64,000 nucleotides of DNA from Gammaproteobacteria bacterium (GCA_963664945.1 OY761822.1:4922205-4986204), one strand, 5' to 3'; positions 18,667-28,772 are shown, counted from the stretch's first letter. Made by a program: numbers and translations. Notes: generated by a model from the sequence alone, not told the origin.

Positions 18667-18891
18667 TTGTCCACATCCGCCCGACGAGCGTCCGCTAGGT
18701 GCAACAAAAGCGGTAGTTGGAGCGCTCTTCTCGTACAGCGCTGAGATAAAATAATATAACCCTTTGATTTATAATAGAAAAAGAAATTTGACGTTTTTTT
18801 AACCAATTTGACTCGAAACGGCGCAGCATCGCGCCATATGCGCCTCAATCCATGTATTTTCCACAGAGTTATCCACAGAATTTGTGGATTC
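18667..18891. promoter_or_regulatory. DnaA-box cluster with an IHF site and a Fis-like site (DARS-like element)
   Basis: TTGTCCACA 18667-75; TTTTCCACA 18857-65; perfect TTATCCACA 18869-77; inverted TGTGGATTC 18883-91. IHF consensus match AATCAAAGGGTTA on the minus strand at 18757-69; AT-rich tract 18744-18810. Confidence 0.65.
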
Positions 18892-18951
18892 TTTGGGTGC
18901 TGGCCGTTCAGGTAGAATGCATACCATCATTTTCCGACAAGTAGTCCCGCC

Positions 18952-21147
18952 ATGATATTTCACGCCCGCTCCAGGCACCGACCGTTTCACTACGGCCAGT
19001 TTCCCCTGGAAACGCTACCGCGCGATGACAACATCACCGATGTGGAATCCACGGTACCTCCCAAATCCGTTCCGGCGAGAAATGGCGACGGCGGCTACCT
19101 CGCCCATGTGGCAGATCACTATCGAAAGGTTTTCGCCCGGCTCGTAGACGACGAGGTCGCACCCAGGCGGGCTCCGGTTCCCGACGATCTCGACCGCCGA
19201 GCGGCCGACATCAAGGGCAACGCCTACTTCATGGATGCTTCGCAGGTTGGCATCTGCAGGATCCCGGACAACGCGTGGCTGATCGACGCCGCGAAGAACT
19301 CCGACTCCTACGCCATCGTGCTGCTGGTCGAGGACGGCAAGATCCCCGACAAGGGCAACCTGGCGCACGACTGGGTCGCCTCGTCGGTGCGCGCCGTCAG
19401 CGATATGCGTGCGGCCGAGATTGCGGTGGTAGTGGCCGGGCATATCCGTCACATGGGTTTTTCGGCGCGGCCCCACATCCGGGGCCATGAGTGCCTCGAT
19501 GCCCAGCGCCTCGCCGTGCTTGCAGGACTCGGGGTGCGAGACGGCGACAGGATCCGTAATCCATTCATCGAGAAATTCTCCATAGCCGTCATCGCCACCA
19601 ATTACGAAATGGCCACCGACCGCCCGTTGCACGCCAGGGCGCTCAACGCCAGAGGCCTGCGCTTCTGGTGGGGCATCAACGGGGCACAATCGGGCCGGGA
19701 GCGGCGCCGGCGCGCATCGCGGCCGTCTCACTACAGCCGCTATCCCATGGAGACGGTCAAGCAGGTCGATCGGCCGACGACATTGATCATCGACGACGAG
19801 GTACCCCGGGTGCCGAAGCGCGCGGCGTTCTTCGAGCGCGCCCTGCAGGGCGATCTCGGCGCCAAGGCACAGACCGAGCGCAGCCGCTTTTCGTTCAAGC
19901 ACCCCACGTCACAGAGCCTGCTCAAGACCATCCGGTCGCTGGTGCCCTACCAGGACGGCGATGCCGCCGCCGATCCGGACATGGACCGCTACGGGGACCC
20001 CGCGGCCAATGCCAAGGCGGTCAAGGCACTGTCATATTTTCTCGGCTCCGACCTCACCGGAATATGTGAAGTGCCCCGCTACGCCTGGCACTCCCACAAG
20101 GAAGACGGCCGCCCCATCGAGATGTACCACCGCTACGCCGTGGTCATGCTCATCGACCAGGGGTTCGACACCATGGAGGGCGCCAGCGGCGACGACTGGA
20201 TTTCCGGGACCCAGTCCATGCGCGGCTACCTGCGCGGCGCGGAGATCGCCGGCGTCATGGCCGAGTTGTTGCGCGGGTTCGGTTTTTCGTCCCGCTCCCA
20301 GACCAATGCGGACAGCGATGTCCTGCACATTCCGCTGATTCTCTGGGCCGGGCTCGGTGAACTCAGCCGTATCGGCGAACTGGTGCTCAACCCGTTCGTC
20401 GGCCCGCGCTTCAAGTCCGTTGTCTTCACCACCGACTTTCCCATGGAGGTGGACAAGCCCATCGACTTCAAGCTGCAGTACTTCTGCGACAACTGCCTCA
20501 AGTGCGCCCGCGAGTGCCCCTGCGACGCGATCCCGTGGGGCAACAAGGTGATGTTCAACGCCTACGAGATGTGGAAGATCGATGCGGAGCGCTGCGCGAG
20601 GTATCGCCTGACCAACTCAAAGGGCGCGGCCTGCGGGCGCTGCATGAAGACCTGCCCGCTGAACAAGGTGGTGGACATGGACGGTCCGCTGGTGACGCGA
20701 ATGGCGAGCTGGCTCGGCATCAACGCCATGTGGCTCAAGCCGCTGATGGTCCCCATCGCCACCCGTCTGGACGACTGGCTGGGCAACGGCAAGCGCAATC
20801 CGGCCAAGAAGTGGTGGTTCGATCACGAAATCGTCAATGGCGTGGCGATGAAGCCGAAACGGGGAACCAACCAGCGCGATCTCCGGGTGGGCCGCCACAT
20901 CGACCCGAACAAACAGAAGATCGCCTACTACAACGCCAACGTGATGCCGCCGCCCGACGCCCCCGGACCGGTGAAGGTGGACCGCAAGGCGGCAGTGGCC
21001 TCAGGAGAGGTGTTGGAGACGCCCGAAGAAGCCGCGGCACGGGTGGCGCGCGGCGGAGCGACGCCTGAGCACTACATCCCGACCCCACCGACCGGTATCG
21101 ACCCGGCCGAGGCCGAACGCGTCGCAAGTCCGTACAAGGGCAAGTAG
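18952..21147 (+). CDS. rdhA: cobalamin-dependent reductive dehalogenase, cytoplasmic non-respiratory type
   Basis: Duplicated RdhA-like domain; AGLGELSRIG, NPFVGPRFK; CDNCLKCARECP and CARY...CGRCMKTCP 4Fe-4S motifs. No Tat signal. Confidence 0.88.
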   Translation: MIFHARSRHRPFHYGQFPLETLPRDDNITDVESTVPPKSVPARNGDGGYLAHVADHYRKVFARLVDDEVAPRRAPVPDDLDRRAADIKGNAYFMDASQVGICRIPDNAWLIDAAKNSDSYAIVLLVEDGKIPDKGNLAHDWVASSVRAVSDMRAAEIAVVVAGHIRHMGFSARPHIRGHECLDAQRLAVLAGLGVRDGDRIRNPFIEKFSIAVIATNYEMATDRPLHARALNARGLRFWWGINGAQSGRERRRRASRPSHYSRYPMETVKQVDRPTTLIIDDEVPRVPKRAAFFERALQGDLGAKAQTERSRFSFKHPTSQSLLKTIRSLVPYQDGDAAADPDMDRYGDPAANAKAVKALSYFLGSDLTGICEVPRYAWHSHKEDGRPIEMYHRYAVVMLIDQGFDTMEGASGDDWISGTQSMRGYLRGAEIAGVMAELLRGFGFSSRSQTNADSDVLHIPLILWAGLGELSRIGELVLNPFVGPRFKSVVFTTDFPMEVDKPIDFKLQYFCDNCLKCARECPCDAIPWGNKVMFNAYEMWKIDAERCARYRLTNSKGAACGRCMKTCPLNKVVDMDGPLVTRMASWLGINAMWLKPLMVPIATRLDDWLGNGKRNPAKKWWFDHEIVNGVAMKPKRGTNQRDLRVGRHIDPNKQKIAYYNANVMPPPDAPGPVKVDRKAAVASGEVLETPEEAAARVARGGATPEHYIPTPPTGIDPAEAERVASPYKGK

Positions 21148-21745
21148 TCCGGAAACTTCACCGGCAATCGGGACAGATTGCAAAATCCTGAAGGCGAAAT
21201 CAGGTCATCCAGATCTGCCCGGTACAGGGCTCGCAAAGATTCGGTGGGCCAGGCCAGCGACACCAGCCAACCCACCAGCAAGGCGAAGAGGAAGGACGGC
21301 GGCATGGTTTCAAGCGCTGCAAAATACGGCCCCGCCACTTCAAGTTCCTGCAGCACGAACTTGCTGACGATGGTCATGGAAAACCCCGCCACCATGGACG
21401 CGATCACCGCGCGTTCGGCGAAGCCCGACCAGAACAGCGACAGGGTGATCATCGGGCAGAACGTCGCCGCGATTCCCGACCAGCCGAAAATCACGAACCA
21501 GAATATCGTCCGCTCCGGCGAAAGCACCGAAATGGTGATCGCCAGACTCAGCGCCAGCGCCGCCATGACCAGGGTCACCCTTCGGCACAGCCTCGCCGCG
21601 GCGGCATCCCCAAGGCCGGAATTGAACGGGCGCCCGTAGAGGTCGTGGGCCAGCGAGCCGCGGCCATGACGAGCAGCGACGATACCGTGGACATGATCGC
21701 CGCCAGTACCGCCGCCACGTACAGGCCCACGATATTGTCGGAATC
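21072..21745 (-). pseudogene. 3' fragment of a Na+/solute (PutP-like) symporter, frameshifted
   Basis: IVGLYVAAVLAAIMSTVSSLLV (SSS motif), a frameshift near 21660, then SLAHDLY...IFWFVIFGWSGIAATFCP. The 5' two-thirds are absent. Confidence 0.75.
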
Positions 21746-21922
21746 ATGTTCAGCGCGAACGCAGTATGCTTCGGTGGTCCACTGTTTTTTTCTTGAGACA
21801 AACCGCAGAAATTCCCGGACCAGGAGCTTGCGGGTGGCATCGCCGACCCATGGTTCAATATTGATCGCACTACATATCGCATTCTGATACTTTATGCAAT
21901 CCTTTTGTTGCTAATAATACCG

Positions 21923-22705
21923 ATGCGAGCCTACGACTACATTGCCGACCTGGCGGCCAACGGTCGCCATTGCTTCACCTCGCGCGACGCTCGGGAACGC
22001 CTCGACGTATCTGCCGATGCAACCAGGCTGGCGTTGGACCGCCTCGCACGGAAAAAACGCATCGCGAGTCCCGCGCGTGGGTTTCACGTCATTCTGCCGC
22101 CGGAATACCGTTCGCTTGGTTGCCTGCCGGCCGAACAATTCGTTCCGGACCTGATGCGGTGGCTGGACCAGCCTTACTACGCCGGTTTGCTCTCAGCCGC
22201 CCAATTCCACGGCGCCGCCCATCACAGGCCGCAGGAATTCCAGGTCATGCTGAGCAGGCCTCGACGCCCCGTTCGCTGCGGCCAGGTACGTGTCGCCTTC
22301 ATTGGTCGCAAGCGCTTGCACGATGTAGCGGCGCAGAGTTTCAACACGCCGCGCGGCACCCTCCAGGTCTCGACCCCCGAGGCAACGGCTTTCGATCTGG
22401 TCGGATTCCAGCGCCGCGCAGGGGGCCTGGATCAGGTAGCCACCATATTGTCCGAACTCTCCGAACTGATGGATCCATACAAGCTCCTCGCGGCCGTCGA
22501 AACGGCGCCGATCACGTGGGCACAGCGGCTGGGCTACCTCCTCGAATCGGTCGATGCCGGAAGATGGGCCGCACCTCTGAAGGAGCATGTTCGAAAAAAC
22601 GCCAGGCGGACGACTACCCTGCTTCCGGGGGCCACCGACAGAGAATCGTTCCGCGCGGATGACTGGAAGCTTCGCATCAATACCAGTATTGAGACCGACC
22701 TCTGA
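21923..22705 (+). CDS. type IV TA antitoxin, AbiEi family
   Basis: N-terminal wHTH-like region; GFHVILPPEY, YYAGLLSAAQFHGAAH, STPEATAFDLV, QRLGYLLE. Confidence 0.85.
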   Translation: MRAYDYIADLAANGRHCFTSRDARERLDVSADATRLALDRLARKKRIASPARGFHVILPPEYRSLGCLPAEQFVPDLMRWLDQPYYAGLLSAAQFHGAAHHRPQEFQVMLSRPRRPVRCGQVRVAFIGRKRLHDVAAQSFNTPRGTLQVSTPEATAFDLVGFQRRAGGLDQVATILSELSELMDPYKLLAAVETAPITWAQRLGYLLESVDAGRWAAPLKEHVRKNARRTTTLLPGATDRESFRADDWKLRINTSIETDL

Positions 22706-22725
22706 TCCCCCGCGACTACATCACT
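22702..22725 (+). pseudogene. first 8 codons of the cognate AbiEii toxin
   Basis: (C)TG ATC CCC CGC GAC TAC ATC ACT (xIPRDYIT) overlaps the antitoxin stop and is followed by unrelated sequence. Confidence 0.6.
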
Positions 22726-22831
22726 TCCCGGGACGCCACTCATCGGTGAGTTCCCGGCTTGATCTCCCGCCTGCGCACCAGATGCGGACATATGGCAATA
22801 AAACAGGGTGGGCTGACCGCCTTACGCACTC

Positions 22832-25800
22832 CTATTGGGGCCGCGATACGATTTTCGGCACGACGACCTCCCAGGTGTCGGCATGCAGCCTTGCGCGAAA
22901 GTCCTTGTCGGATCCGTCGGTTGCCCAGCGGCGGAAGATACCGTGCACCGACGCACCGATAATTTTCATGTCTTGTCGTGGTGTCCACTTCCTTGCCATG
23001 CGTCCGACGGGTTGCCCCGCGCTGTCACGTAATTCCCAGCAACCGTTGCTGTGCACAAGCGACAACGGATCTTCCGGCTCAAGCTGGGCGATTGCACGGT
23101 GCATTTGGCTTCGGGGCGATCTCCAACCGGCGAATGACAGTACGACGTCCTGCATACCGCAGACCGAGACTTTCTCGTAAAGGCGCGGATCGGAAATGTC
23201 GCAACCTGGCGCTCTGCGTCTGATGACCGAAGGGGCGTCGAGGAGCGGTTGCAGTAGATTTTCGACGCGTTCACAACTGGCTGCGTGGAGCGGATTGTCC
23301 AGGGGATGACTTGAGTCGTTATTGTCAACCCGCAGCAGCGTAAGCGTCTCGCGCGCGCGGGTCATCGCGACGTAATAGAGCCTGCGCGGCGCCTCTGCAT
23401 CCTCACTTCGGCCCGGTGCTTGCCATCGTCCATCAAGGATCGCGACATGATCAAATTCCAGGCCCTTGGCCCGATGGGCGCTGGTGAGCAGTAGCCCCTG
23501 CTGCTTGCGGCGTACTTCCCGGCTCCATTCGCCGAGCCAATTCTGAACAAACGTGACTGGAAGCCGAGAAGCGGCGGACTCTTCGAGAAACAACTCGTCG
23601 AGTGCCTGTATCAGGAGCTCGCCCCACGGATCCTCTGAGCATTCGTCCCGGTGGCGCTCGAGTGTGCGCTTCGAGACCGTGGCCGTGCCGCTGGACCGGA
23701 GCGCACCGAGAAATTCCTGTGTCCCTCTCGCACGCCAGAATGACGCAGCGTCCTCTCGGGCGTTCTGTGTCGGAATACCGTGCAGTTCGCAGGCACTTCG
23801 TACCGACTCCAGGTCCGACCAATGCCTGGCGACGATGGCGCAGCGATTCCACCGCCAATCCGGATCGAGTTCTGACAGGCGCCGGAGTTCTGCGATAGCA
23901 GTGACGGCCTGAGTAGTCTGTCCTCCCTGCAGGTGCAGAATCTGGACCCTACCCTGAGCCATCCTGTCAATCCGGGACCAGCGCCCACCGGGCGGAGTGG
24001 CCTTACGCCCGGAATCGACCCGTAAATCCTGGCCTCGCTTGAGGCGGTCCCTGGCCGGTTCTATGCAAAGGTTGGCTGCATCGATGATGTTCCTGCTCGA
24101 ACGGTAGTTTTCGACAAGATATTCTTCCCTTGCTCGATAGTCTTCGGCAAAGCGCCGGATAAAGGCGACCGATGCCCCTTTCCACGCATAGATGTTCTGA
24201 TCGTCGTCCCCCACGGCGAACAGGTTCAGCCTGGCGTCTTCGTCCGCGAGAGTTCTTCCGGCGAGCGCCGAAACCAGTTCGTATTCGGGTTTGCCGATAT
24301 CCTGGTATTCGTCGACAAGTATCCAGGAAAGCTGACCGATCAATTGCTCCCGCCTGACGCCGGCGGAGCCCTCCTCGCTGCTCAAGAGTTGCGCGGCATC
24401 CTGAAGGATGTTCCGGAACGTGTCTTCGTCGGGGTCGCCGGCGGTTTGTGAAAACGAAATTCCCAGAATTCGCAAGGCCAGAGCGTGGCAGGTCATCACA
24501 TACACGCCCTTGGCAACGTTGCCGATCAAATCGTGGAGTCGTCGCCGTACCTGCACGGCGGCGTGGCGGTTATAGGTCAATGCCAATATGCGCCTCGGAT
24601 TCTCGCGCCTTACGCGGATGAGATAGGCAATCCGATGCACCAGCACCCGAGTCTTGCCGGACCCGGGTCCAGCGAGGACCAGCACGTTCGTACGTTCGCG
24701 TTCGTCCGCAACGATTTTCTCCTGCGCGCGGTTGCCAAGCTGCTTTACGATCTGTTCGTAGTGCTCCGGAAGCGTTTCGCGCCTCAGCGCTTGCTCCTTG
24801 CCCTTGAACCACTTGCGCACGAAGGCCTCGTTGTCGAACTCGAAGTAGTCCATCGCCAGTCGCAATGCCAGGCGAATGTCGGCCATGCCGAGACGTGCGT
24901 ACTCGGCGACGAAGTGGATCTGTGCGGTCTTCTGGGAATAGTGCTCCTTGAGCGGTCGGAAATCCGCCACCGTGAAGGGCTTGCCGTCGCGCGTGACCTT
25001 TAATGTCATGGCCGGTCGAAACACGGTCAACCCACGATTGAGCGTAATTACCTCCTGCTCGTGCATCCAGAGCAAGGCACGGTCCACCAACGGTTGTGTC
25101 ACCCGGTTCCTTAACTCCGACCTTAGCGCCAAGTCGCCCTTGACCGTTTTTTCGAGGTCGCCATAGGTCGTCTCCACCAGCAAGTCGACGCCTCGAACAC
25201 CCGCCGGCACCTTGGCGATCAGGTGCTCCAGGAGGAGCGCTGCACCGTCTCGGCGAAGACGGGCGATGCGTTCGATGCTCATCCAGTTCCGCCGCAGCCG
25301 AACTCCGATGGTCTCCAGGTCCCGGGCGCGAATCTCTATGCTCCGGGTTGCGTCGGGTTCGTCACGACCGTCGGCCGAGAGGCTGCGCAAGAGCCTGACC
25401 AGGCGTTCAGGCAGAGGGTTGCTGATCTCCCTCTCACGCAGCCGCTGCGAGAGTGGGCGAAGCGCCAAGCGCGTCCATGTATTGATCTCCTGGTCCGGCG
25501 CCTCCTCACGAAGCTCGTCGATCAGGGCCTGTTCCAGTTCGCGCGCGAGCGCGAGACGTCGCTTCGACGCGTTGTCGACCCCCGCGTGGACGTACACGGT
25601 GATGCGCATGTCGTTCGATGCGATCCCGAGTTGATCCAATGCACTGAATATGTAACGCAGTTGCTGGATCGAGCAACCGCACTCGTTGATCAACTCGTCC
25701 GTCGAGATGCCGACGTCCGGATCTGCTTCCGCCACCCGACGAACTACCTTCAGCATCCGCTCGCGAACATCCTGTCGAATACCGCGTTTGGAACCTTCGC

Positions 25801-28057
25801 GCACGATTCGCTCGTAGGCCTCCCTGTAACTGCGCACGCGCAGGGAAGACGGAAAAATCGATGTGAGGTTCTCGTCGCGCCGTGCCAGCCTCGCCTCTTC
25901 AAGCCACGCGAGGGAGGTACGAACACGATCGTCGTCCGTCGCGCTGTCGCGCACGAAGTCACCGTCTCGATCCTCAATCAGGATCTCGCCGCTGGTTGCG
26001 ACTATCGCGTCCGGGCTGTCCTCGTAGTGACGCCGACGGCGCCGGTCCAGGCGGCGAAGCGCCCGAAGAACCGCCTGAATGTCGTTGCGCTCCAACCGTG
26101 AACGAGCGGAGAGCGAAAACTGCTTTTCCGGGTCGTCATCATCGAACAGCAGCAGACAATGTGCCCGTGCGCCATCCCTGCCCGCCCGACCCGCCTCCTG
26201 CAGGTAACTCTCCAGCGAGCCCGGAATCTCCGCATGAACAACCGTGCGCACATCCGGTTTGTCGATACCCATGCCGAAGGCGTTGGTGGCAACCACCACG
26301 TCGATGTCGCCATCGTGAAAGCTGCGCTGCACTTCCCGCTTTCGCTCCGGAGAAAGACCGGAGTGGAAGTGCTGCGCGCGCAGTCCCCTTTCGGCGAGTG
26401 CCTGAGATGTTTCCTCTGTGCTGCGTTTGGTGGTGCAGTAAACGATGGCACCGCCCGAGCCTCCCGCGCCGATCGCATTGCCGATCGCCTGATGGATGTG
26501 TTCGATTCGCTGTGATTCCGAGGTCGGCATGACCAGAAATTCGAGATTGTTGCGTTCCGCACCGCCGTCGATCACGTCCAGGGTTGCGTGCAGTGTCTGC
26601 TCGAAGTGCGTACGGATTTCCTCTACGACATCGTGCTTGGCAGTTGCCGTCAGGCACAGGACCGGCGCCGTTTCCTCTCCGTCGTGCTCGGCAATGTAGC
26701 GGGCGACGTATCGATAATCGGGGCGGAAATCGTGACCCCACTTTGAGAGGCAGTGCGCCTCGTCCAGGACCCACGCCCCGATTCGGCGGCCGGCAATCAC
26801 CTTGCGGAACGACCGGTTTCGAAGCTGCTCCGGCGCCACGAGTACAATTCCGGCATCGCCGAAACGGATCTGATCCAGGGCGTCGGCACGCTCCGGCATG
26901 GAAATCAGTCCGTTAATGGTGGTGACGCAGGTGATGCCCTGACGGCGCATCGCCGCCACCTGGTCGGCCATTAACGCGACCAGCGGCGAAATCACCACGG
27001 TGAGCGCGCTGGTGGCCTGGTAGCGCATCAACGCGGGAAGTTGGTAACAGAGCGACTTTCCTGCGCCGGTGGGCAGAATCCCGAGCACATTCGCCCGGCC
27101 AAGGTGACGCTCCGTAATGGCCCGCTGCAGGCTCTCGCCATCCGGACCCCTCGGCTCGTCTCGAAATCCCGGGTGGCCGAACCACCTCGTTATCGCCTTC
27201 GTCGCGTCAAGGCGCTCCGAACACCACGGGCAACGGGGAGCGGAACAGCGCGTGTCGCGAAGCCTGATGGCCAGGCGACTCGGACTGAAGCGGTACTCGA
27301 CGTAGGGCGGGATGATGGAGTTGCCCCCTGCGGCCGGCAACCACGCCAGCAGGTAGGTGAGCGCAAGCGGGTCCGTACGGGCATCGCGGACGATGACGGA
27401 GGCCTGGTCAGGACAGCCGTACTCGGCAATACGCCGTACGATGGCCGGGACTGCATCGGCGAGGGTCGGCGGCGCTTCGGAGCCGCGAACTATTCGGAAG
27501 AACTGGTCGAAAGCGTGTTCCTTCACGCCGGTGGCAAGAAGAGCATGCCAAACCATCAACAGGTCGCTGTCTTTCGACTTCATCGAATCGACGATATCGG
27601 CAAGCAACTCCAGGGTCAGCTCCGCATCCAGCAGCGGGTCATTGACCTGAACCCTTGCGAGCGCCGGTTCCTTGTACTGCTTGACAAGGTGGTGATAGGG
27701 GTTTTCCGGAAACGCCAGAGGACTGAGGTAGAGAGTATCTATGGCGGGCAGGCGCAGGAGTTTGAGATCCAATCCAGACTTCGCCAGAAGCTCCATGTCA
27801 TGTTCAATGATGTTGTGTCCGACGATGCAAGAGGCGCCTTCGGAGAATTGATCGAGCTCGGCAAGAGCCTGGCGCAATCCGCTGGCATGACCCTTCCATG
27901 AATAGGTGCTCGATTGATCGGTGCGTACCGCGCCAATAGCCCCAATTTTCGACTTGCCCTCAAGATCGATCGAGAGCAAGCCGGTAAAGCCAAGCGCCCC
28001 CAGACGCTTGCCACTCTCTTCGGAATCCTTCCAGGGCGAAATGTTCATCAACGACAT
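22832..28057 (-). CDS. RecQ-family helicase fused to an N-terminal DEDD exonuclease-like domain and a C-terminal UvrD helicase
   Basis: IDLE/GHNIIEHD/IDTL; PTGAGKSLCYQ, VLDEAHC, WGHDFRPDY, QEAGRAGRDG; LAGPGSGKT, VDEYQD, VGDDDQNIY, AHRAKGLEF, YVAMTRA. Confidence 0.9.
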   Translation of the reverse strand: MSLMNISPWKDSEESGKRLGALGFTGLLSIDLEGKSKIGAIGAVRTDQSSTYSWKGHASGLRQALAELDQFSEGASCIVGHNIIEHDMELLAKSGLDLKLLRLPAIDTLYLSPLAFPENPYHHLVKQYKEPALARVQVNDPLLDAELTLELLADIVDSMKSKDSDLLMVWHALLATGVKEHAFDQFFRIVRGSEAPPTLADAVPAIVRRIAEYGCPDQASVIVRDARTDPLALTYLLAWLPAAGGNSIIPPYVEYRFSPSRLAIRLRDTRCSAPRCPWCSERLDATKAITRWFGHPGFRDEPRGPDGESLQRAITERHLGRANVLGILPTGAGKSLCYQLPALMRYQATSALTVVISPLVALMADQVAAMRRQGITCVTTINGLISMPERADALDQIRFGDAGIVLVAPEQLRNRSFRKVIAGRRIGAWVLDEAHCLSKWGHDFRPDYRYVARYIAEHDGEETAPVLCLTATAKHDVVEEIRTHFEQTLHATLDVIDGGAERNNLEFLVMPTSESQRIEHIHQAIGNAIGAGGSGGAIVYCTTKRSTEETSQALAERGLRAQHFHSGLSPERKREVQRSFHDGDIDVVVATNAFGMGIDKPDVRTVVHAEIPGSLESYLQEAGRAGRDGARAHCLLLFDDDDPEKQFSLSARSRLERNDIQAVLRALRRLDRRRRRHYEDSPDAIVATSGEILIEDRDGDFVRDSATDDDRVRTSLAWLEEARLARRDENLTSIFPSSLRVRSYREAYERIVREGSKRGIRQDVRERMLKVVRRVAEADPDVGISTDELINECGCSIQQLRYIFSALDQLGIASNDMRITVYVHAGVDNASKRRLALARELEQALIDELREEAPDQEINTWTRLALRPLSQRLREREISNPLPERLVRLLRSLSADGRDEPDATRSIEIRARDLETIGVRLRRNWMSIERIARLRRDGAALLLEHLIAKVPAGVRGVDLLVETTYGDLEKTVKGDLALRSELRNRVTQPLVDRALLWMHEQEVITLNRGLTVFRPAMTLKVTRDGKPFTVADFRPLKEHYSQKTAQIHFVAEYARLGMADIRLALRLAMDYFEFDNEAFVRKWFKGKEQALRRETLPEHYEQIVKQLGNRAQEKIVADERERTNVLVLAGPGSGKTRVLVHRIAYLIRVRRENPRRILALTYNRHAAVQVRRRLHDLIGNVAKGVYVMTCHALALRILGISFSQTAGDPDEDTFRNILQDAAQLLSSEEGSAGVRREQLIGQLSWILVDEYQDIGKPEYELVSALAGRTLADEDARLNLFAVGDDDQNIYAWKGASVAFIRRFAEDYRAREEYLVENYRSSRNIIDAANLCIEPARDRLKRGQDLRVDSGRKATPPGGRWSRIDRMAQGRVQILHLQGGQTTQAVTAIAELRRLSELDPDWRWNRCAIVARHWSDLESVRSACELHGIPTQNAREDAASFWRARGTQEFLGALRSSGTATVSKRTLERHRDECSEDPWGELLIQALDELFLEESAASRLPVTFVQNWLGEWSREVRRKQQGLLLTSAHRAKGLEFDHVAILDGRWQAPGRSEDAEAPRRLYYVAMTRARETLTLLRVDNNDSSHPLDNPLHAASCERVENLLQPLLDAPSVIRRRAPGCDISDPRLYEKVSVCGMQDVVLSFAGWRSPRSQMHRAIAQLEPEDPLSLVHSNGCWELRDSAGQPVGRMARKWTPRQDMKIIGASVHGIFRRWATDGSDKDFRARLHADTWEVVVPKIVSRPQ

Positions 28058-28275
28058 TCAGATCGGTCAAGCCGAAATGTTATCGCAACGGTTATCCTTG
28101 CGCGCATTGGCGCGCGTTGGGCGAAAAGCGCCGCATCGTACCCACCCAGCAGACCGAGCCGTATCGAGTGGCCCGGGAAGGTTTCAGAGAAATTTAACGC
28201 CGAGGTGAAGCGTTGACGAGAACCTGCCGATCAAGCGACCAGCCTTGGTGTACACGCTTCTGAGCGGGCTGGGTC

Positions 28276-28719
28276 CTACTGCCCCTCCACCGCATTGATC
28301 TCAACAGTGGAGTCATGCATCCACCCACTCTCCTCGTCGCCGATGGTGATGATCTCGCCGTCGTTGAAGAACGAGTGCCTGCCTTCGTACCAACGCATGA
28401 CGATCCCCGTCTCCCTGAGCTCCGGCGAAAGCCGCACCTGGACCCACTCGCCCCGGCGGCCGATGATGGGCAGCACCGTGCCCTCCGGCGCCAGTACAAG
28501 GACCGACGACCCGCTGCTCGGACCCGAGTGCACGTTGGCATGGGTCGTTGGGACTATTGCTTGTTCTTCCGCGACCACGGCCTGGTCGGTACCGTCCGGC
28601 TCCTGACCGAAGGCGCTGATCATCGGCATGAGCAGTGCCGCCGCGGCGGCGAACATGATCGCAATCGACCTTGCCGGGCTTGCAGGCCCGACGGCTCGAC
28701 TGAGTGACTTGATAGGCAT
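28276..28719 (-). CDS. secreted bacterial SH3-domain protein
   Basis: Signal peptide; ANVHSGPS, VLPIIGRRGEWVQV, GWMHDS. Start uncertain. Confidence 0.65.
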   Translation of the reverse strand: MPIKSLSRAVGPASPARSIAIMFAAAAALLMPMISAFGQEPDGTDQAVVAEEQAIVPTTHANVHSGPSSGSSVLVLAPEGTVLPIIGRRGEWVQVRLSPELRETGIVMRWYEGRHSFFNDGEIITIGDEESGWMHDSTVEINAVEGQ

Positions 28720-28772
28720 GCGCCTGAGTGAATACCGGATGGCGTGGCCTGTCAAGCCATATGGGGGCAAGC

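Noticed and set aside
18667-18891. Chromosomal origin oriC
   Set aside because: Few boxes and no dnaA/dnaN/gidA/parAB context; a DARS or datA-like reading fits better.
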